Origin: a virus
Taxonomy: Duplodnaviria; Caudoviricetes
IMG/VR virus record: IMGVR_UViG_3300030376_003859
Span: 878 to 64,877 of that record
DNA length: 64,000 nt
Direction: 5' to 3' (one strand)
Shown: in pieces, positions 10,583 through 20,405 of the stretch
How the letters are laid out: every line of letters begins with the position of its first letter
Numbering within the stretch: the first letter of the stretch is position 1
The notes under the pieces: model-generated
What the model was told of the DNA's origin: nothing
The model's database searches: none
Seen by the model: the letters and a program-made list of their open reading frames with translations, nothing else
Program-made: the position numbers and the translations under genes

Positions 10583-11887
10583 TCAATCCAAGAAATATAC
10601 AAGGTCGCCTTTACCCTTTAGAATATCCATTCCCTCTTTTCGGAGTATATCATATTTTTCTTTAGTAGAAATATTTGCTCCTGTTTCTGCAATTAATATG
10701 CTTTGGTCGTCGTGCCTTATTATTTCAGCCGAAACTAATTTTGTAGCGGCCTCATGTATAGCAGAAGGAACTCTACCATCACCTGCAACATAAGAAACTA
10801 TTACAGAATTATTAGCATGGAATGGATAATCATTGAAAAAGAATATTCGGCCTTCTTCACCAATTGTCCAAAAAGAACCAAGCCTATTCAAATCTTCTTT
10901 GTCTGTAAAATCAACAAGATTACAAACTGTTGGTATTGTATCTGTTGCAGTAAATGTAAGAGCATTTGTTCCACTTGCTGACGCTGGCGCACTTAATACA
11001 ACATTTGTTCCATCTGTAATTGAAGCAATAGTAATTGTTCCTGTGATGCCTGTTCCGCTAACAGTCATACCAACACCTAATTTAGATGAATCCGCAACAG
11101 TAAGAGCAGTTGATGAGTTAGCAGTAGTGCATGATTGTTTTATGGTTGCTTTTAATACACAATCTGCCCCATCATCACCGGAAAGTAGGGAGGAAATGAG
11201 AAGTTGCTTGCTATTATTCTTATCTTTTGAGGCATAGAAAAAGTCGGAAATGGATAGATTAGAAGAGGTTAGAGCCTTTGGAGCAGTTGCTCCTGTAAAA
11301 GAAGATGTAGCAGAAGGGAAGGATTCATTGATTAGTGCAGTAATCTCATCATTAGTGGTTTTTAATCCAAATGTATTACAAAATTCACTATTTGCTAAAT
11401 CAGTTATGTCATTCTCCGATAACAACTCAAAAGATACACCGCTATTTGGTAGTTGTAGTATTATTGAATTTAAATCTCTAAAATTATCAAGAAGATGTAT
11501 TTTTGCTTGTGCTGATGCTAACTCTTCATATGAACCGCCTTGCCAAACTAATAAGGAAACTATTTTTCTAACTTTCATTTGTTTTAGTTGAACAAATCCA
11601 ACATGGCCACCAAAGTATGTTTTATGTGGCCTTCTTGAAAACTCAAAGTTATGGTATTCGTCTTTAGTAATAATTGGTCTAAAGGAACGCTTGACTTTAT
11701 CATCAATAATTCCTTCAACTCTTTTTATTATATTTCCAACTTGAGCAACTGTTGGATAAGTGCTATTTGAAAAAGCAGGTATTTGTAATAGATTAGCGAC
11801 TTCTGTTGCATTAGTATAAAATCCCCTGCCTTGTGAATAGTCGGGATTTATTTCGGTAAAGTCGCTTGGCGATATGGTTGTTCCCAT
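10583..11887 (-). CDS. Head-tail adaptor (SPP1 gp15/HK97 gp6-like) with beta-rich insertion
   Basis: C-terminal VIVSYVAGDGRVPSAIHEAATKLVSAEII is typical of adaptors; N-terminal TEVANLL helix; Thr/Ser/Gly-rich insert. Confidence 0.75.
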   Translation of the reverse strand: MGTTISPSDFTEINPDYSQGRGFYTNATEVANLLQIPAFSNSTYPTVAQVGNIIKRVEGIIDDKVKRSFRPIITKDEYHNFEFSRRPHKTYFGGHVGFVQLKQMKVRKIVSLLVWQGGSYEELASAQAKIHLLDNFRDLNSIILQLPNSGVSFELLSENDITDLANSEFCNTFGLKTTNDEITALINESFPSATSSFTGATAPKALTSSNLSISDFFYASKDKNNSKQLLISSLLSGDDGADCVLKATIKQSCTTANSSTALTVADSSKLGVGMTVSGTGITGTITIASITDGTNVVLSAPASASGTNALTFTATDTIPTVCNLVDFTDKEDLNRLGSFWTIGEEGRIFFFNDYPFHANNSVIVSYVAGDGRVPSAIHEAATKLVSAEIIRHDDQSILIAETGANISTKEKYDILRKEGMDILKGKGDLVYFLD

Positions 11888-11892
11888 CGTTA

Positions 11893-13599
11893 TCACCCAA
11901 ATATTTTCTTTAATCTTCTAACATTTCTTTTTAGTTTGTTAATTTCTTTAGACAAAGCCCTATTACCTGCCCCTCTTCTAAATGGATTCAAATTATATTC
12001 ACCATGATTAACTACATATATTTTACATTCAACAAAAGCATTCGCAAATAGTTCTTCTGCATTAAAAGAATTAATTGAGTCATATTTGTATTCTTGGCCA
12101 CCGTAAGTTTCCATGCCTCTTATATTAGCCCCCGAAACTCCTTCCTGTGTTTCAAGAACTTGAAGATTAGTCTTGTAATTCTTTTTATCTTCATTAGGTA
12201 GTGCTTGATAGGTTAATTCGGAAATAGTTTCTCCGGTTTCTTTATGCTTAAATGCCTCTTCTGTTAATTCCATTATTTCTTCGTCTGTTAATGGTTTAGA
12301 AACTAATTTGTATTTTTTTCTTTCTTCAATAGGAAGGGCTTTGTATTTTTCCGGTGTTATTCTTTCTTCCGGATTTTTTTTATTTTCAGCATATCTTGTT
12401 TTTGAGTATTTTGCATCTTTTGTTTTTGTCGCTAGTGCGGTGGCTCTAAATGTATCTATATTCTTTCGTCTTGTTTTAATATTAGCCAGTATCTTTGCTG
12501 TAAATACTGTTGTTGGTTCATCAAGATACGGTTTTAATATTCTTAAGAATAAGTCTTGATTTTCTAATATAAATTCTTTTGATTCATCAAGTAAGTCTAA
12601 AACTATATTATTCATTGTTTCGCTTGGTTGCTTAAAATGATAATATTGTTCACCTAATATAATAATATCTTCATCTAACATTTCTTGAGTTCTTTTTAAA
12701 TCCTTCAATGCGACTAAGAAAGCCATTTCACTTTCTAAACCTTTACCTGTTATTTTGGTAGTAATTTGTTGTCCTTCATCTCTTTCAAATTTATCATCAA
12801 CTAATTTCATTGGTGTTAATACTGTTCCTTTAAACAAAGCCCCTATCTTTTTTAAGTCTTTATCGGACAAATCAAAAGCATGTTCTATAACTTCCGTTCC
12901 TACTTTTAATTGCGATGATTTCGGTTTAAAAGTAGCGGTCTGTCCTGTTGTTTCAAGAATATAATCGGCCTTTTCTGCCATTATTTTCCCTTCATCAATA
13001 GAAGGAAATAGTATCTGTATATGTGCATCTAATCTTGCATCTTGTTTTTTGTATGCTAAATTCCAACCATCGCCTTGTGAATTAACTCTTAATCTAACAT
13101 CATCGTCAATATATTTTTCTAAATCTCGACCATATCCAAGCGTAAATTCATCTTTAGGAAACTTCTCTTCAAAAGGGAATGGTGGTAAATTAACTTCGCC
13201 TTCTTTAGCAAATTCAAGCGCACCTGCGCCTTTTAATCTTGTTAATACTTTAGCATCAGTAAGGTTTTCAATTTTTTGGTCATCAATAAAATCTATATTG
13301 GCTTGATTAGTTTTTGTTTCTTTTTTACCTGACCTTATAGTTGAAAATTGTTTCCAGCCATCTTTATTTTCTAAAAGTGGTTTTAGAGGCTGTTGTAAAA
13401 CTTCCTCATAAATTTTTTTAAATTCACCCATAAACTCTTGTTCATTTAAACCGCTACCTTGAACACTTTCTTTTGCTCGCTTAATTTTAACCACAAAACT
13501 TCTATCCCCTGTGGAAAGAAAATCATTCATTTCCGTCTTAAGAAAGTTAGCGGAATTTGGTAAGGATAAGTTTTGATTACCCCATCTAAAAGCGACCAT
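11893..13599 (-). CDS. Hypothetical 568-aa charged protein
   Basis: Long ORF co-oriented with the structural block; no motif recognised. Confidence 0.6.
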   Translation of the reverse strand: MVAFRWGNQNLSLPNSANFLKTEMNDFLSTGDRSFVVKIKRAKESVQGSGLNEQEFMGEFKKIYEEVLQQPLKPLLENKDGWKQFSTIRSGKKETKTNQANIDFIDDQKIENLTDAKVLTRLKGAGALEFAKEGEVNLPPFPFEEKFPKDEFTLGYGRDLEKYIDDDVRLRVNSQGDGWNLAYKKQDARLDAHIQILFPSIDEGKIMAEKADYILETTGQTATFKPKSSQLKVGTEVIEHAFDLSDKDLKKIGALFKGTVLTPMKLVDDKFERDEGQQITTKITGKGLESEMAFLVALKDLKRTQEMLDEDIIILGEQYYHFKQPSETMNNIVLDLLDESKEFILENQDLFLRILKPYLDEPTTVFTAKILANIKTRRKNIDTFRATALATKTKDAKYSKTRYAENKKNPEERITPEKYKALPIEERKKYKLVSKPLTDEEIMELTEEAFKHKETGETISELTYQALPNEDKKNYKTNLQVLETQEGVSGANIRGMETYGGQEYKYDSINSFNAEELFANAFVECKIYVVNHGEYNLNPFRRGAGNRALSKEINKLKRNVRRLKKIFG

Positions 13600-13612
13600 A
13601 TTTATTTCCCCC

Positions 13613-14266
13613 TCACATTAGCCATTTAGCCCAAGCCGCACCTTTCTGTATTGCCGAACCTAATCCTAAACCGCTTTGTGGGGGTTCATAACTCATTTGT
13701 CCTTGAGCATCTATCCAATATGGCCTACCATATCCATCTGTTCCCGAAGGCGGAATAGGATAACCACTACCATTATTCATAGCATTATTCATTTGATTAA
13801 ATTGTTGAGTATTTCCGGTTACATTTGCTAATGCCATTCCTGCTGATGGTTGTTGCATATTTCCTCCACCGCTAAATCCTTGTGATTCAAGATACTGTTG
13901 TTTGGCTAATTTTCTTTGATTAACTACTTCTGTATTAATTGCAGAATTTAACAACTTTTGAATATCTAAATCAATATTTTCTTGAGTAATTTTCTCAAAT
14001 TCTCTCATAGCATCGGCATTAATTGTTATAGAAGAACCGTTAGATGTAAATGCTAATTTACTAAGCATTTGAGAAACAACTCGCTGAACTACATCTTCCA
14101 TTAGTTTTTCAAGAGCAGTTAAGAAATGCTCACCATGATATTGAAAGAACTCTTCAACATGGTTATCTTGTAAAGATAGTAAGTTATTTACATTCTTGAA
14201 TTGTTGGTCGCCTTGTGCTTGAACTGCGTTCATTACTGTTCCATTACTTGTTCCTAATAATCCCAT
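13613..14266 (-). CDS. Gln/Gly/Asn-rich protein with amphipathic C-terminal helix
   Basis: Ends GLGLGSAIQKGAAWAKWLM; lies in the GTPase gene cluster. Confidence 0.6.
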   Translation of the reverse strand: MGLLGTSNGTVMNAVQAQGDQQFKNVNNLLSLQDNHVEEFFQYHGEHFLTALEKLMEDVVQRVVSQMLSKLAFTSNGSSITINADAMREFEKITQENIDLDIQKLLNSAINTEVVNQRKLAKQQYLESQGFSGGGNMQQPSAGMALANVTGNTQQFNQMNNAMNNGSGYPIPPSGTDGYGRPYWIDAQGQMSYEPPQSGLGLGSAIQKGAAWAKWLM

Positions 14267-14268
14267 AA

Positions 14269-14931
14269 TTAATCCTCCTTATTTTCTATTGGTTCTTCGT
14301 TTGTTGCCTTAATATTGTGCTTTAGCATTAGATGATTCATTCTGTCTGTCATTATGTTTATTTCTGTAATTAATCGTATTACTTCATCGGTAGCCGTCTT
14401 GTTATCTGCTAAAGCGGGTGGGGTTATAAACCAACCTGCGTTAGTTAATGACAAAACATCTTCTCTTGTTAAACTTTTGATTGGGCCACTTTTTAGTATC
14501 TTTGGCATTTTAGGTTTAAACGCTTTAAAATCTAATCCATGTTTATCTGCAAGTATTTGTTGTTGTAGCATTTCTAACTGCATATAATGTGATGCGTGTT
14601 TAGGACAATATGTTCCTCTTAGTGGCCTTCCTTTAATTACTCCATCTAAAGGAATAGGTGGCCTCATGTAATCTCCTTGTTCCCAAATATGATGATACCC
14701 GCAAACTACGCACCTATCTTTTAAATTAAATTTTTTACCATATTTAATTCCTATAAATTTTTTAGGTTCTGCTTTTAACACATTAATAAGTTCCTTTTGT
14801 TGTTTCTTTGGTTTAAAAGTTATAAACTTATATTCTTGAACAACCCCACTTGCCCTTGCTTGTTGTAAGGGGTTTAATGTTGGGTTAAACTGTTGCGGTG
14901 CATTTTGTCCTATCAATTGGTTATTATACAT
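14269..14931 (-). CDS. Zn-binding hypothetical protein
   Basis: CVVCGYHH...CPKH motif, Gln-rich N-terminus, C-terminal helix; directly downstream of the GTPase. Confidence 0.6.
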   Translation of the reverse strand: MYNNQLIGQNAPQQFNPTLNPLQQARASGVVQEYKFITFKPKKQQKELINVLKAEPKKFIGIKYGKKFNLKDRCVVCGYHHIWEQGDYMRPPIPLDGVIKGRPLRGTYCPKHASHYMQLEMLQQQILADKHGLDFKAFKPKMPKILKSGPIKSLTREDVLSLTNAGWFITPPALADNKTATDEVIRLITEINIMTDRMNHLMLKHNIKATNEEPIENKED

Positions 14932-14941
14932 TTTCTATACC

Positions 14942-15610
14942 TCAATAATCTTTTATCATCGTCATTACGCCTCTATATACCATTTCGGGGTCGGATTTTG
15001 CCGATACTATATATTTGAAACAAGGTATTCCCTTGTCGTTCAACTGTCTCATTCCATACTTAAAAGGTTCAAATATTTTATGTTTATCTATGGTTTGGCC
15101 TTCTTCTAATGGATATTTTTCTCCCCATATGTCATATTTATTAGCCCATATCCCGATAGCCATTGGATAATCCGATTCTCTTTTTCTTCTACCTGTTGGC
15201 CACAAATCCGACACAATAGTATCAACTAAAAACTTCCATGCTACTTGATGGTCTAAGTTTGCTTCATTATCTAAATGCCTATGGTCTATCATAAAAATAA
15301 TATATTTAACCCTGCGCTTTTGCATATCTTTGACCCATTCTTTCCAATAAATCGCTTCACCGCCTATATCGGCACTTTTTATTGTATGAGAATCGCCATC
15401 AATTTTTACATTCTTTCTTGATGCTCTATGTAATCCTACTGTTCTTTGATTTATTTGAGGCACTTCGCCTCTTGTTCTTAATTGGTGGCTTAATGTTGTT
15501 TTACCAACCATAGTTGCTCCATAGACTCCAAAATTAATAGCGTGAACTTTCTTCCAAAAGCCGATAACTGCTTCACCAACTAATATAGCAAAGCCGGTCA
15601 TTAATGACAT
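14942..15610 (-). CDS. Small Ras-superfamily GTPase (Arf/Sar1-like features)
   Basis: G1 GATMVGKT, G2 QRTVG, G3 DIGG, G4 NKYD, G5 SAK in correct order and spacing; hydrophobic N-terminal helix. Confidence 0.9.
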   Translation of the reverse strand: MSLMTGFAILVGEAVIGFWKKVHAINFGVYGATMVGKTTLSHQLRTRGEVPQINQRTVGLHRASRKNVKIDGDSHTIKSADIGGEAIYWKEWVKDMQKRRVKYIIFMIDHRHLDNEANLDHQVAWKFLVDTIVSDLWPTGRRKRESDYPMAIGIWANKYDIWGEKYPLEEGQTIDKHKIFEPFKYGMRQLNDKGIPCFKYIVSAKSDPEMVYRGVMTMIKDY

Positions 15611-15614
15611 TTAA

Positions 15615-16166
15615 TCACCCGAAGTATTTATCTAACATATTTTTCATATGTTCTTTTGTTTCCATTACATCTTCATCTAATGATAGTTCCATTCCTGCTG
15701 CACTTCTAAAATATCCTGTAATTTCAGGATAGTCATATTCCGTTGCGTCATCTATTAAATTCATTAACTCCGTTGCTTTCTTTTTTACTATACTGTCGGG
15801 TAGATATTTGTATTCTATATCTTCATCATGAGAAATGCCTCTTGGCATCCCCATTTCCTTTTTGTTCCTTATGTTTCTATTAACGGTATATTCTTTATCG
15901 CCTTCTAGCCATTTTTCTTTATTTGTTTTCAAGGCTTGCTTTATCATAGGTTTTCCTTCATCTTTTATTGAATATATTTTAGACCCAAAAAAAGCATAAA
16001 TCAATGCTTCGTCTAAAGAAGGAGTCCAATATTCGGTATCTTCTTTTCCTTGTGTTCCTTGAAATAATTTACTGTAAGTATCAATGTAATCCTTTATTGG
16101 GGAATCATCTAAATCAAAAATAGTAGATTGTATTTTATAAGGTGATTTGAGAATGTTTTTCCACAT
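15615..16166 (-). CDS. WxxILK-tagged protein, possible ADP-ribosyltransferase-like fold
   Basis: Starts MWKNILKS; LFQGT...YWTPSLDEALIYA resembles the HGT...YxTxSxxxAxxYA pattern of HYE-clade ARTs. Confidence 0.4.
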   Translation of the reverse strand: MWKNILKSPYKIQSTIFDLDDSPIKDYIDTYSKLFQGTQGKEDTEYWTPSLDEALIYAFFGSKIYSIKDEGKPMIKQALKTNKEKWLEGDKEYTVNRNIRNKKEMGMPRGISHDEDIEYKYLPDSIVKKKATELMNLIDDATEYDYPEITGYFRSAAGMELSLDEDVMETKEHMKNMLDKYFG

Positions 16167-16167
16167 A

Positions 16168-16386
16168 TTAATGACCCCATAAATCCGATACCCTGTCTAT
16201 AATCCAACCCATTATATTAATATCGAATACGCCCATTATATTACCAATAAGAAAAGCGGATAAAGCACCGCAACTTCCCCAAAACCACGCTCTCATTTTC
16301 AAAAAGAAAACATCGGCAGAATGCGCTCTTGATTGGTTATAAGCATAATCCGAATCCGAGAACCCCATTAAATCCCCAAAGACCAT
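16168..16386 (-). CDS. Small membrane protein
   Basis: Hydrophobic segment AWFWGSCGALSAFLIGNIMGVF. Confidence 0.6.
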   Translation of the reverse strand: MVFGDLMGFSDSDYAYNQSRAHSADVFFLKMRAWFWGSCGALSAFLIGNIMGVFDINIMGWIIDRVSDLWGH

Positions 16387-16397
16387 TCTTTCACCGC

Positions 16398-16781
16398 CTA
16401 TTGTAGTGCGGCTAAGAACTCATTTCCGACAGTATTCTCTTCTTCTTCGGAAATACTTTGATAAAGATTAGTATTATACTGTCGTGCGCTTTCACGCATT
16501 TTCTGTCTTTGTTGTTCGTCTCTTGCTTTTCTTTCCCAAAAGGCCGCTATCTTTCTGTCAAGAAGCCACATTTCTATCTTGTCATTTAAGACTAAATCAA
16601 ATATGGCTTTCATAACCATGATTGCACCTATTGTTCCTAATCCAAACAAAACCGAATGGGCTAATGCTCCATAAGGAAATCCTGTTCCAAATTGAGCATA
16701 CGCCCAAACATTTGTTCCACTCAATGCTCCGACAAAAAGTATAGTCATAACTAAACGGGTATCTTGGCTTAACGCTGGCAT
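16398..16781 (-). CDS. Two-TM membrane protein with C-terminal coiled coil
   Basis: Two hydrophobic stretches followed by a charged helix (WERKARDEQQRQKMRE). Confidence 0.65.
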   Translation of the reverse strand: MPALSQDTRLVMTILFVGALSGTNVWAYAQFGTGFPYGALAHSVLFGLGTIGAIMVMKAIFDLVLNDKIEMWLLDRKIAAFWERKARDEQQRQKMRESARQYNTNLYQSISEEEENTVGNEFLAALQ

Positions 16782-16790
16782 AATAAAACC

Positions 16791-17069
16791 TCAAGCAAAT
16801 TCAATAGAAACTGCAACTTGACCTGCATCTTCTTCAAAGAATAATCCATTTGAACAGATTACTCCATGCATATCAAATTCAACTGTTTGATTAGCGGATA
16901 AAACAATTCTTGCTAATTCTTTACCACTTGCCGCACTTGCATTATCCCACACTTTTATAGTTGCGGATGAACCCCCAACTTCACAAGCATGAATAGAAAT
17001 CAATTTACACTTTCCGGAATAAACTACTGCGCTTCCGGTTAATACTCCACTACTTCTACAACTCGGCAT
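16791..17069 (-). CDS. Small beta-sandwich virion (head decoration/spike-like) protein
   Basis: 92 aa, all-beta pattern, downstream of the MCP. Confidence 0.5.
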   Translation of the reverse strand: MPSCRSSGVLTGSAVVYSGKCKLISIHACEVGGSSATIKVWDNASAASGKELARIVLSANQTVEFDMHGVICSNGLFFEEDAGQVAVSIEFA

Positions 17070-17127
17070 ATCTCTATCTCCTTCAAATCATGAACAGGGG
17101 CTTTCCCTATTAATGCTATGGGTCTAA

Positions 17128-17448
17128 TTATTCCTTTAAAGCAGACTTTTTAGGTTTAGCAGGGGCTTTCTTTGCTTTTGTTTTAACAGGTAATAACTCT
17201 TTGCACAATTCATCATGTGTAGTTATTTCTTTACCAAAAGCCTTAGTTAGCCTTGTAAGCATTTTAGGGTCAATTTGTTTCAAATCTTTCCTATCGCTTT
17301 CAGTAAAAGTAATATCTAAGTTAGAATCACCATATACTCTAAGAGCATCAATAGCCTCTACTTCAATAGAAGCGTCTCTATTTAGTATTTCACCAAACAT
17401 TAACAAAGTTTTAGACCTTGCTCCTTTGGCTAATTTAATTGTTGCCAA
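17128..17448 (-). CDS. Hypothetical head-module protein
   Basis: TTG start after GGGTGA; Lys-rich tail. Confidence 0.55.
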   Translation of the reverse strand: MATIKLAKGARSKTLLMFGEILNRDASIEVEAIDALRVYGDSNLDITFTESDRKDLKQIDPKMLTRLTKAFGKEITTHDELCKELLPVKTKAKKAPAKPKKSALKE

Positions 17449-17459
17449 CTAAATCACCC

Positions 17460-17795
17460 TCAAAGCAATCCATAAACTCTAACTCTAACTATTCCTTCAT
17501 CAGCCGTTCCCGATAATTGAGCCGACCCTGTTGAAAGAATAATTTTAGCACTACTAATGGATTCATATGCTCCTGTATTAGAAACAACGGCTCTTGCTGA
17601 TTGACCTATCTCTTCAACTCCCGTTACCATCAATTGAGTTATTTGACTCAATCCGACAGAAGCCGCAGTTAGAGTTATTCCACCTTGAACATAGTTAGTG
17701 ATATTTACAATGGCATCAACCATATATTCATCACCAACGGCTTTAGGCTTTGTAAAACCTTTATGGTCTGCTAACAAACTTACTGTATGTGCCAA
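17460..17795 (-). CDS. Putative capsid decoration/cement protein
   Basis: Immediately after the MCP; NYVQGGITL...VGLSQI...VRVRVYG pattern seen in decoration proteins. Confidence 0.55.
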   Translation of the reverse strand: MAHTVSLLADHKGFTKPKAVGDEYMVDAIVNITNYVQGGITLTAASVGLSQITQLMVTGVEEIGQSARAVVSNTGAYESISSAKIILSTGSAQLSGTADEGIVRVRVYGLL

Positions 17796-17805
17796 CTAAA
17801 TCGCC

Positions 17806-19158
17806 TCACAGAAGGTTTGTAATTTTGCCTTGACCCTTGAAGTATGAACAGCCCATTTCTCCCATTGTTCGGTAAAGAGCCTTGTTTCCAAGTGTTCCGA
17901 CACCGAATGGGTTTCCGTTTGAAATACCATCTTCAAAGTATTGAGTTGGCTTCATAACAGATAGCCACAAATGGTCTGTATCAAGGAAAAGCATATCACT
18001 AATCAAAGAAGAGTTTGTTCCTGTTGAAGTCATAGCGGCAACCGGAATCATTGGTATGTCGTAGTAAGTTGAAACTCTAAATCCTACTTCTTGACCCTTT
18101 ACGCCTCTTACTCCATTAACAGTTGGAACAATTTCTTTTCTGTCCATGAATCTTTCTTGTGCTTGTAGTAAGTCGGAAATAGTTTGTAGAGTATCATATC
18201 CTGTTAGAATAACCTTTGGAGAACCACCTGCAACTCTTAGTCTTCTAATCATATCGTTTAGAACAGTTAGAGTTAATTGTCGTGCTTCTGCTGAAAGGTA
18301 GCCATCACCGAAAGAAACTTCGGAATCAAGATATTCATTTCCTGCATCGCTTCTTTGCTTTCCGTAAAGATGGTCAATTGCTTGGTCAGTAGCACTATCA
18401 ACAAGGTTTCCACCGTTGTTATCTGCTAATTCGGCAATTTCATCCGAGTTAGAAATAATCTTCAATAGAGAAGTATATCCTCTATCAATGGCATTTGCAG
18501 TATTATATGCAGTTGTTGGAGAATAGTTTTCCAAAGGCATAACAAGCATTTGGTTTTGAACTTCTGCGTGATGCTTGCCCATATCCTCTCTTAATTGCGC
18601 TCTAATATCGCCAATTCCATCATCAATAGAAGCCATTTCCATAGCCAATTCGCTGAAAGAGAATTGATGTGCAATAATCTTAGGGCTTGTAAATAGTGTA
18701 TCATACTCCGGTGCAATAGAAATCAATCCATCAGTATTAGAATCTAATGAAGCGTTTTCAGGAACACCACCAATTCTGTCTGCTCTAAGTGCATCTTCAC
18801 CATATAGAGAATCAGCCAAAGCAGTATTTGAAGCGGCAGAAATATCCAATTTGTTTCCTGCTCCACCTGCGGGTCTTTTCTTCAAAATTCTCCAACCACT
18901 TGATGAATAAGGTCTTTTTGAAATAACCGATAGTGCGTTACATTCTCGGTTTAGCATAGACCATACTTTTTGGCCGTAAATCTTGTTGTAAAGATTTGCG
19001 TTAATGCCCGATGGTGCGCTTAACGAGCCATCGTGTGCAGTATGAATACCTGCTACTGTTCCTGCGGCCTTAAGCAATTGATTGCTAATATGGCCTGTTG
19101 CGCCTGTTCCATAGGTTTGTGCTTCTAAATCTGCTATTGTGTTAATATATCCTGACAT
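17806..19158 (-). CDS. Major capsid protein (HK97 fold)
   Basis: 450 aa after protease/scaffold; PKIIAHQFSFSELA...QLREDMGKHH, KVILTGYDT and YRTMGEMGC match the HK97-fold layout. Confidence 0.9.
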   Translation of the reverse strand: MSGYINTIADLEAQTYGTGATGHISNQLLKAAGTVAGIHTAHDGSLSAPSGINANLYNKIYGQKVWSMLNRECNALSVISKRPYSSSGWRILKKRPAGGAGNKLDISAASNTALADSLYGEDALRADRIGGVPENASLDSNTDGLISIAPEYDTLFTSPKIIAHQFSFSELAMEMASIDDGIGDIRAQLREDMGKHHAEVQNQMLVMPLENYSPTTAYNTANAIDRGYTSLLKIISNSDEIAELADNNGGNLVDSATDQAIDHLYGKQRSDAGNEYLDSEVSFGDGYLSAEARQLTLTVLNDMIRRLRVAGGSPKVILTGYDTLQTISDLLQAQERFMDRKEIVPTVNGVRGVKGQEVGFRVSTYYDIPMIPVAAMTSTGTNSSLISDMLFLDTDHLWLSVMKPTQYFEDGISNGNPFGVGTLGNKALYRTMGEMGCSYFKGQGKITNLL

Positions 19159-19159
19159 C

Positions 19160-20362
19160 TTAATAACCTCCTACCATTTTATGAATATCCGACCATTCCA
19201 TTTCGGCCAAATCATCCATACTTGGGAGTTCAATTGTTGCCTCTTCTTGTGCTTTTAGGATTGTTTCCTTTTCAGCAGTTAGAGACTTTCTTAGTGCGGT
19301 AAATTCATCCTTTAGAGATGCAATTTCACTTGCCGCATCATATTGAGACTTTGCCAAAATAGATTCTTTTGCAGAAACTTCTCGGTTAAATCTTGATTCA
19401 AATGACTTTTGAAGGTTGTCGTAAGCCAACTTTTCAAGTTGTTCTTGACGGTAAGCCTCATATGCTTTCTCAATGTTTCCAACTGACAAATCAAGAGTTT
19501 CTAATTCGCTGTTGTCAAATGCTTTAACAACGGGCAAATCGGATGCTTTTGGGTTGCCATTATCAATAACAACTCTATCGGCAGGTTCGCCAATTTCAAT
19601 TCCACCAGCATCAAGAGTGTTTAGAACGGCTTTATTAGAATCATCCATATATTCCTCTTTTTCTTCTTCAACTTCTTCTTTCATGTAATCGCCTTTTTCC
19701 GTCATTTCGTCTTCGGGCTTTTTCATGTCCATTTTGTCTTCTTCTTCTTCCTTGCGTAGAGTATTGACTTCTGCCATTAGCGCATCTAACTCTTCAAGTG
19801 CTTTTTCTATCTTGCTCATATTTTTCACTTCCTGTTTTGTGTTTTTTTCTTGTTTTAAAATATCAAATCTTGCTTCGGGGTTAATTCCTTTTTCACATAT
19901 TGTAACTTCATGTAATTCAAGTTTGCTAATTTCATTGTAATCTCCTAATTCTTGGTGGTTTTTCTTTACTTTTTCTAAAGCCTGTCCTCCAATACTAAAT
20001 GACCTCAATGAACCTTTTCTTATGCCTCTATTAATTTCTTTGGCTTTTTCTATATCGTCTCTTAACTTAATTACTACAAAGAATCCTACATCATCTACTT
20101 CGGTTTTCCATAGTCTCCCTGTTTTGTCTCTATATGATTTTACTACTTCTCCAACTTGAACATTAGAATGATTTGTCATTACATTTCTAAATTTTGGGTT
20201 CTCCATATATTTTTTAACTGCTTCGTTAAGTGCTTTGAGTGTGATTAAGTCATTTTGTTTATCAACGATTTCGATGCTTGCATATCCTCCAATCATTAAA
20301 TCGTCTTGTGCTTTAAGAATCCTGAAATCGTTTCTGCTTCTATTCATTACAGATGATACCAT
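19160..20362 (-). CDS. Prohead protease fused to scaffold domain
   Basis: GYASIEIVDKQND, SFSIGG and LHEVTICEKGINPEARF motifs of the HK97-type protease; acidic coiled-coil C-terminal half. Confidence 0.9.
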   Translation of the reverse strand: MVSSVMNRSRNDFRILKAQDDLMIGGYASIEIVDKQNDLITLKALNEAVKKYMENPKFRNVMTNHSNVQVGEVVKSYRDKTGRLWKTEVDDVGFFVVIKLRDDIEKAKEINRGIRKGSLRSFSIGGQALEKVKKNHQELGDYNEISKLELHEVTICEKGINPEARFDILKQEKNTKQEVKNMSKIEKALEELDALMAEVNTLRKEEEEDKMDMKKPEDEMTEKGDYMKEEVEEEKEEYMDDSNKAVLNTLDAGGIEIGEPADRVVIDNGNPKASDLPVVKAFDNSELETLDLSVGNIEKAYEAYRQEQLEKLAYDNLQKSFESRFNREVSAKESILAKSQYDAASEIASLKDEFTALRKSLTAEKETILKAQEEATIELPSMDDLAEMEWSDIHKMVGGY

Positions 20363-20390
20363 TCCTCTCAACCCTTTCTTATACTATCCA

Positions 20391-20400
20391 CTATATAAAG
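20391..20400 (-). promoter_or_regulatory. Archaeal-type TATA box for the protease/capsid operon
   Basis: CTTTATATAG on the minus strand about 30 nt upstream of the protease ATG. Confidence 0.55.
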
Positions 20401-20405
20401 AACAA

